Assembly (NCBI GenBank): GCA_963820525.1
Contig: CAWGAA010000001.1
Location: forward strand, 1,792,001 to 1,856,000
DNA: 64,000 nt
Reading direction: 5' to 3'
Source: an uncultured Spirochaetota bacterium
Lineage (GTDB): Bacteria > Spirochaetota > Spirochaetia > SZUA-6 > Fen-1364
Position 1 is the first letter of the stretch. Each line of letters opens with the position of its first letter. The notes under the pieces were generated by a model. The model was not told where the DNA came from, ran no database searches, and was given only the letters and a program-made list of their open reading frames with translations. Position numbers and translations under genes: made by a program. This document shows, piece by piece, positions 1 through 8,900 of the stretch.

Positions 1-2
1 AC

Positions 3-560
3 CTCGGCCTCGTCGGGCTTGCCCCGGAGGTGGCGCGGCGCTACCCGCACGAGCTTTCCGGGGGCATGAAGCAGCGCGTGGTGATCGCGACGGCGCTCTT
101 CCTGGAGCCGAAGGTCGTGGTTCTCGATGAGCCCACCACCGCCCTCGACGTGATCGTGCAGGCGCAGATCATCAACCTGCTGAAGCGGCTGAAACGGGAC
201 CTGGACCTGTCCCTGATCTTCATCACGCACGACCTTTCCACGGAGGCCGAGGTGGCGGACCGCATCCTGGTCATGTACGCGGGCCGCGTGGCGGAGATCG
301 GAACCAACGAGCAAATCTTCGGCGGCGGCCCCTGCCACCCCTACACGAAGAGGCTCCTGGCCGCCACCCCACGGCTGCACGAGAAGGTGAGCGAGCTCTC
401 CTTCATCCCCGGCGCTCCGCCGGACCTCCTCGATCCGCCCACGGGATGCCGCTTCCGCCCGCGCTGCCCTGTGGCGTTCGGCAAGTGCGTCGAGGAGCCT
501 CCCCTTCGCGGGATCGAGCCCGGGCACTTCGCTGCCTGCTGGAGATGCCCCGATGCCTGA
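3..560 (+). CDS. Oligopeptide/dipeptide ABC transporter ATP-binding subunit (OppD/DppD-like), 5' part outside window
   Basis: YPHELSGGMKQR signature, Walker B VVVLDEPTTALD, ITHDL H-loop, C-terminal GCRFRPRC...C...C oligo_HPY tail; frame is open from the window start. Confidence 0.93.
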   Translation, partial: LGLVGLAPEVARRYPHELSGGMKQRVVIATALFLEPKVVVLDEPTTALDVIVQAQIINLLKRLKRDLDLSLIFITHDLSTEAEVADRILVMYAGRVAEIGTNEQIFGGGPCHPYTKRLLAATPRLHEKVSELSFIPGAPPDLLDPPTGCRFRPRCPVAFGKCVEEPPLRGIEPGHFAACWRCPDA

Positions 561-1614
561 AGAGAACGTGCTCGAGGTGAAAGGCCTCGTGAAGCTCTTT
601 CCCGTCCGCCGCAGTCTTTCCCAGATGATGCGCGGCGAGAGGCGCTTCGTTCACGCCGTGGACGGCGTGAGCTTCGCGGTCCGCCGGGGTGAGATCCTGG
701 GCCTCGTGGGAGAGTCGGGATGCGGCAAGACAACAATGGGCAAGCTCGTGATGAAGCTCCTGGAGCCCTCAGGCGGCGAGATCCGCTTCGAGGCACACGA
801 GGTTACCCGGATTGCCGGGGAGGAGCTTGCGCTCTATCGCCGGAAGGTGCAGATGATCTTCCAGGACCCCTATGCATCGATCAACCCGCGATTCAGGATC
901 CGCGACGTTCTGGAGGAGCCCCTCCTGATCCACCGGATCGGCCGGGACCGGGCGGAGAGAAGCGCGATGATCCGGCAGGCCCTCGCCGCGGTGAAGCTGA
1001 CCCCCGTGGAGGAGTTCATGGGCAGGTTCCCCCACATGCTCTCCGGCGGCCAGCGGCAGAGGGCGGCCACGGCCCGAACCCTGATCCTCTCTCCCCGGCT
1101 CCTGGTGGCGGACGAGCCGGTCTCCATGATCGACCTTTCAACGCGGGCGGAGATCCTGGCGATGATGCGCGACATCCAGCGGGAGTTCGGTCTCTCGTTC
1201 CTCTACATCACCCACGATCTTTCAACGGCACGCTACTTCACCGACAGAATCGCCGTTATGTACCTGGGAAGAATCGTTGAGGTCGGCGCGAGCGACGACA
1301 TCGTGGACCACCCCGTGCACCCTTACACGCGGGCTCTCATCGCCGCGGTATGCGAGCCTCTCCCCGGCAAGGTGGACACGATCAAGGAGCTTCCCATCAC
1401 GGGGGAAGTTCCCTCGGCGGCCGACGTTCCCCGAGGATGCAGGTTCCATACCCGCTGTCCCTATGCGAAGCCCGTCTGCTGGGAGCTCGCCGAGCCGGAG
1501 CTCGAAGCGGTTGGCGCGGGCGCGAAGGAGGGGCCCCGAGCAGCGGGCGCTGAAAGTGCTGACGTGGGCGCGGCCGATCACATGGCCGCATGCCGCCGGT
1601 GGAAAGAGATATAG
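553..1614 (+). CDS. Oligopeptide/dipeptide ABC transporter ATP-binding subunit (OppF/DppF-like)
   Basis: Walker [28 protein letters not shown] and GCRFHTRC tail; overlaps the previous gene. Confidence 0.95.
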   Translation: MPEENVLEVKGLVKLFPVRRSLSQMMRGERRFVHAVDGVSFAVRRGEILGLVGESGCGKTTMGKLVMKLLEPSGGEIRFEAHEVTRIAGEELALYRRKVQMIFQDPYASINPRFRIRDVLEEPLLIHRIGRDRAERSAMIRQALAAVKLTPVEEFMGRFPHMLSGGQRQRAATARTLILSPRLLVADEPVSMIDLSTRAEILAMMRDIQREFGLSFLYITHDLSTARYFTDRIAVMYLGRIVEVGASDDIVDHPVHPYTRALIAAVCEPLPGKVDTIKELPITGEVPSAADVPRGCRFHTRCPYAKPVCWELAEPELEAVGAGAKEGPRAAGAESADVGAADHMAACRRWKEI

Positions 1615-1624
1615 GAGGACATTC

Positions 1625-2884
1625 GTGATAGATCCCATGCAATGCCGATCCCATTTCCCATCCCTCGAATCGGGAGCCCTGCATTTCGACGGCCCGGGAG
1701 GAACGCAGATCGCGCGCGAGGCCATGGATCGGATGCGGGAATACCTGGTGACCTCCAACGCCAACCATGGCGGCGCGTTCAAGACGAGCCGCGAGTCGGA
1801 CGCGATCGTGCGCGAGGCCCGGCAGGCCATGGCCGATTTCCTGGGGGCGCGGAGAAGGGAGGAGATCATATTCGGCCAGAACATGACTTCCCTCACCCTT
1901 CATATTGCGCGAAGCCTCTCCGGGAAGCTCTCCCCGGGGGACGAGATCGTCGTGACGCGCCTGGATCATGACGCCAACGTCTCCCCCTGGCTCCTGGCCG
2001 CCCGGGACAGGGGATGCACGGTGCGATGGCTGGATTTCGACCCGGCGGACTGTACGTGGAGCGTGGAGGAGCTTTCCCGGCTGGTGAACAAGAAAACCAA
2101 AATCGTGGCGCTCGGGCTGGCGTCAAACGCCGTGGGAACGGTAAATCCCCTGCGTGAGGCGCTTCGCGTGGCCCGGCAGGCGGGAGCGGTCACCTTCGTG
2201 GACGCCGTGCACTTAGCGCCCCATGGCCGTATCGACGTGGAGGACCTGGGCTGCGACCTCCTGGCCTGTTCCGCGTACAAGTTCTTCGGGCCGCATACCG
2301 GCATCCTCTACGGCCGCTACGAGCTTCTGGACAGGCTCGCAGCCTACAAGGTGAGGCCCGCGGGAGACGCGCCGCCCGACAAATGGGAGACGGGGACGCA
2401 GAGCTTCGAATCGATCGCGGGCGTGATCGGCGCAGTCGAGTACCTGGAATGGCTGGGCAGGAGCTTCGGCTCGACGTTCACGGGACGGTTCCCCGGCCTG
2501 AGCGGCCGCAGGCTCTCGCTGGCCTGTGCCATGACCGCGATCACGGAGATGGAGCAGGGCTACTCCCGGCTCATGCTCGAGGGGCTCTCCCGGATCACGG
2601 GCGTGAAGATCTACGGGATAACCGATCCCGCCAGATTCGAAAGCCGCGTGCCGACGTTCGCTTTCACCGTGGATGGCATTCCCCCGCGCGCTTTCTGTGA
2701 AAAGCTGGACAAGGCCGGCATCTACGCGTGGGACGGCAACTACTACGCCCTTGAGGTGACGACCCGCCTGGGCCTGGAGGCATCGGGGGGAATGGTGCGC
2801 GTCGGCGCCGTGCACTACAACACCCCGCAGGAGATCGCGCGGCTCGTGGAAGCGGTAGAGGAAATAGCGTCCAGAGCGAAGTGA
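1625..2884 (+). CDS. Cysteine desulfurase-like PLP enzyme (aminotransferase class V, VC1184-like subfamily)
   Basis: FDGPGGTQ, LDHDANVSPW, VDAVH, CSAYKFFGPH (PLP Lys), ETGT; start moved to GTG 1625 after AGGAGG. Confidence 0.88.
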   Translation: MIDPMQCRSHFPSLESGALHFDGPGGTQIAREAMDRMREYLVTSNANHGGAFKTSRESDAIVREARQAMADFLGARRREEIIFGQNMTSLTLHIARSLSGKLSPGDEIVVTRLDHDANVSPWLLAARDRGCTVRWLDFDPADCTWSVEELSRLVNKKTKIVALGLASNAVGTVNPLREALRVARQAGAVTFVDAVHLAPHGRIDVEDLGCDLLACSAYKFFGPHTGILYGRYELLDRLAAYKVRPAGDAPPDKWETGTQSFESIAGVIGAVEYLEWLGRSFGSTFTGRFPGLSGRRLSLACAMTAITEMEQGYSRLMLEGLSRITGVKIYGITDPARFESRVPTFAFTVDGIPPRAFCEKLDKAGIYAWDGNYYALEVTTRLGLEASGGMVRVGAVHYNTPQEIARLVEAVEEIASRAK

Positions 2885-2915
2885 GCACTGGATCGGTGCG
2901 CTTTCGCCTTACCTC

Positions 2916-5900
2916 TCACCTCCGTACAACGAATACAATGGGTGCAAAGGATTGGGATCCAAAACCTTGAAGCACGAATTGCTCTCCTGCGTTCACTTTA
3001 TAGCTCAAGACATCGTACCTTCTGAAGGTCTTGATGAATTCCAGGCCCTTCGTTTCAAGATCGAATAAATCGAAATCTTCTTTCTTGAATCCATGTCTCT
3101 CAAAATGTTCCTTTTCTTCAGGGGTGTCGGTAAGAACAATGACTTTCACGTCGTGTAGTGCCATGAAGCTGAGGTACTCTTCGCCAAGCATGCCCTTATT
3201 GCTATTAAAAGTCTGGATCTGGTGGATTGCGTCAAAGCCCTTCATCGGGATCGTGAATGTCGCATCAGCATCCGCATAGATGAAATCCTCTGTATCACAG
3301 TACAGGTTATACGCAAATGCGATTTCTTTCGATGCGAACTTTATATTGTCGACCAACAACTCACCGCCCATATTTTTCAGAAAAACGAGTTGATCACCTC
3401 CTTTACCGCTTTCGAAGTCTTCTATACATCGCGCCGGAACCCTACTCGAGTCTGTAATCATGTCGATTAGGTCTCTTTCCCATCGTTTTCCTTTTTCTCT
3501 TTTCGTCAAGATGTTGCCTTTGGAATCTATAAGAGTGTTCAATAAAGCTTTTCCTTTCAGCAGGCTCGTGTGGACGCCATTCACGATATCGTACTTAGTG
3601 AGGATTTCCCCGTCCTCCTTCACTTTGGTGTAGACAATGTACCTCCCTTGTAAGATAGGAGCTTTTGCTTCAAAAGAGGAAATGGCTTTGGGCCCTTTGT
3701 CATCAAGAAGATACAGGTATATCATGCGCGCGTTGGGATCTCCCGCATCGAAAGCCAGAAGGTTCGATTGGATCGAGAAATTGTTTATTTTCCCATACGC
3801 GAGATCATAGTCGAAAACACGTGACACCTCTCCATTCTTCAAGCAGTACAGCTCCTGATCGCTTTCCCTTTCTAGGAGGAACATAACGATAGTGCCGTTC
3901 CTTTGCATCTTTTGGATCGGCCGAGGTGAGAAAAACACCTCGCGTTTTGTCTGCTTCGAGATGTCATACTCCACGATGGTTTCGCCGCTGCGCGCTTCTA
4001 CTATCCAATAAACACGGCCTTCGACGATAAGCGGATTCCGGCAGCCTCCTCCGAAGGAGATTTGGAGACCGGGCTGGCGCTTCTCGTTTATTGTATAGAG
4101 GTAAATATCCTCCCGGTCGTGCCTTATCTCCGCTGCAGCAACATACCCACCTCCAATGTCAAGCTCTTTTCTTACTTCCGCTTTTAATGTAATCCTCCCT
4201 TTCCTTTCTAGCGGCTCGTGCGCGCTATTTATCAATTCAGCTACAAAGATGTGTCCCTTATTTCCCCCGTGGACATACACGAGCTTTTCATCTCCCATAG
4301 AATAGACTCTCAGTGCTAGATCTACGTCATTGAGGAAAAGAGTTCTATAGGAAACAATATTGTAATCAGTTACAACGGCAAGACTGACCGGTCTGCTGTT
4401 TTCCTTATTACCAAGGTTGTCTTCTGCATAGTATTCGACTGCGTGCGCGCCATCTGAAAGGTTGATCGGCTCTACATACTGAAGCCACGGATCCTTTCCA
4501 TCGATCCTGAAATAAATCGCTTTCACGCCGCTTGCAGAATCGATTGCTGTAAGCTCAACCTTGTCCGATTCCTTCAGGTATAGGTCCGAATCTAGGTAAA
4601 GACCGCCGCCGCTCTGCACCCTCAACTCGCTTGTTGGAGGGCTGTCATCTATGATGAGGATGTAACTATGAATGAGCTCGATGTTTCCGGCCTTGTCAAC
4701 AGCGTAATACTTGATTTCATGGATGCCTTCTGATACGAATCTGATCGACTCCCCTTGATAAATCGCGTAATTACCATCATCAAGCATGCAGTAAATCTTG
4801 TCCACGCCCGTGGCAAATGATTCGTTTTCGCCTACATTATCTTCTGATTGAAGAGTAAAGAGCACATCGCTCCTATAGTAGTCCTGATTATTGGAAGTGT
4901 ATGGCGGGTAGCTTGGAGTGAGCTTGGTTACAGGTGGCGTCATGTCAGGGATGGGAGTTACCACGGAAACGGTCTTCTTCTCTTCGATATTCCCGACGTT
5001 GTCCCTACTGTAGTACTCTATCGTATGTTTCCCGTCTGATGTGAACTTGAATAGATTCGGGCTAACAGCAACGCCATCGACAAGCACGAAAGTATTCGAC
5101 ACTCCGCTTTTCCCATCCACTCCGGTCCATCTAAACTCATAGCGGGAGTCCGCATAGAGCGTTTCTTCTATGTGCACCAAAGGAATGTTGGTTGTCATGA
5201 ATGTTTGCGGTGCTGTATTGTCTATTGAAATCTGGGACGTTTTCTCCTGAGAATAGTTATCAAGGTAATCTTTCGCATAGTACCGTAGCACATAATCCGC
5301 TTCCCGGCTCAATACGAAAGGCATTCTATACACCAAGTATTCGGCGCCATTCAGGTCGTAGCTGATCTGTTTTACACCTGCAAAATTATCCGTGGCTTGA
5401 AGTTCATACTGCTTTCCCCCTTGCGCGTAGATGACTCCGCCCGCCGTATACACGCCATCGGGAACGACAAGCTGCGCGTTCGGCGGTTGTGTATCCACAG
5501 CGATAGTAATCGGTTCTCTCTGCTCTTTGTTGCCGACCCTGTCAACTGCAGAGAATGCAAAAGAATGTTCTTTCGCATCAGAAATCGCAATGGGCTGGCT
5601 ATACTGGCGCGCCTCCCCATCAAGTGCATAATTGATTCGATCGAGGCCTGATCTAGAGTCCTCCCTACCCGTATCTTGAGCGGATAAGAAGATGGCGGTT
5701 GGCGAAGCTAGTGCAAGTATATTTCGCTGTAACGAGTAATAAGAGTTCCCTTCGGTAACGAGAGTTGTCAATGGAGGAGCTATGTCGATGACGACTCTAC
5801 CGATTGGCTTTTCGGTTGTGTTTCCCACACCATCTTTCACCCGCACGATTACATTCACAGGCCCTTCGCGATAGAGTCGGATCCCTGCCTCATAGCTCTG

Positions 5901-8900
5901 CCAGAGGTCTCCTTCTATTCGATATTCGACTTTCTTCACGCCTGATGCTGAGGCTCCGACTCCGTCCGTCGAGATAATGACAATATTGTTCTCAAGAGGA
6001 ATGAAAACAGTGTCCCCCTGGACGTACTTAGGTTCCCCGACCTCTGTAGTAAAATCAGGCGGAGTCGCGTCCACAATGTAGCTTTCTCTCTTCCACGCCG
6101 ATGCATTGCCGAAGTTATCGACACCAGAGTATGAAATGTTATATATCCCGTCGCCGGTGGGCTTTATCGGTTCCTTATATACCCTCAACTCTCCATCGTT
6201 GATTATGTAGCGCACCTCGGCGACTCTCGAATATATGTCGTTTGAATCGGCCAAAAGGTAAAGAGTGTTATGACCATTTATGAATTGCTTTCCATCTATG
6301 ATTATTGGTGCCGTCTCTCTGATACATTCGACAACCGGGGGATTGTTGTCCGCGATAAATGCCTTTTCTATCACGGATGTATTGTCAGCCTTATCCTTCA
6401 AGGTGAATATAAACTTCGCGTCAACGATCGGATCTGAAACTACCCGCGAGTTCCAGACACAATCAATGGATATAGAGGTTCCAGTCAGAAGAATTGTGTC
6501 CGAACTATTACGCCTTACGGCTACTTGCCACCCTGAGATATCATGGTTTTCTACCACTTGGGCTTTGATATGAATCTCCCCGCTTTGTACAGCAGCAAAA
6601 TCTGGAGACGAAAGAACAATTCCGGGCGGGGGCCTGTCTACTATGATATTTCGCTCTACCTGTGATTGATTTCCCGCGTGATCGATCGCAGAAAGAACAA
6701 AGGTGTAGCCGCTCTCGGAAAGCTCATCGGGATTGAATGACAACGCCTCAAGGTCTCTTTCCGTGCCGTTTGCGAGTATTGTTTTCACCAAAGTATTTTT
6801 CTCGTCATACAATCGCAGAGAAATTGAATCAAGATTCTTATCCGAAGCGCTTGCAGGGATTCTTATTTCTGTCTGCGAGGAAAAGTATGTTCCGAGATCT
6901 CCAAAAGCAACCGATGGCGCCATATTATCCACAACGAAGTGCGCGAGTGCTTCATAACTGCCGAACACCTGATGGGTTACGCGAAGTCGGACACTGTATA
7001 CACCGTCCGAAAGCCCCGATATATCAAGTATGTGAGTACCCGATGCTGGTTGACTTCCAAGATTTATTGTCCGGAGCACGACTTTGTCTTTATCAAGGAT
7101 TTCGAGATCGATATCTGCTCCTTGCGCCATCAAGAAGTAAACCTGCGGTGGATGGGAGAAGGAGCCGTAGAACCTGTCCACTCCGAAGCCCGTTATGAAA
7201 CTCTCGTAATCTCTGGTAAGCAGAAAGCTGTCTTCCCGATAGTTGCCCGCTTTATCCCACACTTTCAGCGCGATCGGAGTCTGGCCCTGAGGTGCAGTGA
7301 GGATAGGAAAATAATACAAATCCCCTTTGACATTCTGATTTTGTTCTGCCGCGAGAATTTTCGGCTCGCTGCCACTCCCCATGGACATCTCATAGCGGTC
7401 AATATTCGTATCGGAAGCAACTGCCTGGATGGTGAAGTTGTCTCTCCCCGTATAGTTTTCAAGATTTGGAAAGAGAAATTGGGCTGTGAGGTTTATGCCC
7501 GCAGGAATCTGTTGAAATGCATAAGACTGGCCATAGACTCCCCATTCACTTCCATCTTGAAGCCATGATAACCATACAACGACAAACCCAGCGCTGGCCT
7601 GAGCAACAAAAGACATGGCTTGTTCATTTGCTGTATATGTATTGACCCTGAACTCGCCTCCTGAGGGAACACCATTTGCATCATATCTCTTCCCATAGAC
7701 TCCCGAAATGCTTCCATCCTGGCCAAAAGATGTCCATACAACGACAAACCCATCGCTGGTCTGAGCAACAGAAGGACCGCATTGATCACCTACTATATAT
7801 GTATTGACCCTGAACTCACTCCCTAAAGGAACACCATTTACATCATATCTTTGCCCATAGAGTCCCCATTCGCTTCCATCCTGGCCGTAAGATGACCATA
7901 CAACGACAAACCCGCCCCCGATCTGAACAACTGCAGACTCGCTTTGATTACCTGCAATATATGTATTGACGCTGAACTCACTCCCCAAGGGAATACCATT
8001 AGCATCATATCTTTGTCCATAAATTCCATATGAGCTTCCATCCTGGCCGTTGGATGTCCACGCAACGACAAACCCATCGCTGGTCTGAGCAACAGAAGGA
8101 TATTCCTGAGCGTTAGTCGTATATGTATTGACCCTGAACTCACCCCCCAAGGGAACACCATTAGCATCATATCTTTGTCCATAAATTCCATATGAGCTTC
8201 CATCCTGTCCCCAGGATGTCCATATAACGACAAACCCATCCCTGATCTGAGCAACAGAAGGTTTATCTTGATTAGCTAACGTATATGTATTGATCTTGAA
8301 CTCACGCCCCAAGGGAACACCATCTGCATCATATCTTTGCCCATAGAGTCCCCATTCGCTTCCATCTTGGCCGTTGGATGTCCACACAACGACAAACCCA
8401 TCGCGTGTCTGAGCAACAGAAGGAAGTTCCTGAGCGTTAGTCGTATATGTATTGACCTTGAACTCACCCCCCAAGGGAACACCATCTGCATCATATCTTT
8501 GCCCATATATTCCATATGAGCTTCCATCCTGGCCTTCGGATGCCCATACGACGATAAACCCATCCCTTATCTGAGCAACAGAAGACATGCTCTGATCGAA
8601 CGCCGTATTTGTATTGACTCTGAACTCCTCTCCAATTGGAGAGAGAATTATTTCAGCAATTGAATCATCTGCTCTATTATTATCGACCCACACCCCAATT
8701 TTTGTATTTGCATTGTTCCCATATTTATCTTCATGGCTAATCCAGATATTATACTTTGCATCAGGTAATACTTTCTGAGTATCGTCTCTTCCATCCCATT
8801 GTACGTTAAAAGCGCTCCCTGCTGTAAGCGCATGAGATCCAGCAAGATTCCTTACAACTTCTCCCGAGAGTTTTCGTACGCTCACTTCCACATTGACTTG

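Noticed and set aside
1277..1624. N-terminal extension of the desulfurase-like ORF
   Set aside because: Overlaps the OppF-like gene; family similarity and the SD point to GTG 1625
7519..8630. CRISPR array or DGR template/variable repeats
   Set aside because: Units are 162-bp in-frame coding repeats with no unique spacers; differences are not adenine-specific; no cas or reverse transcriptase gene in the window
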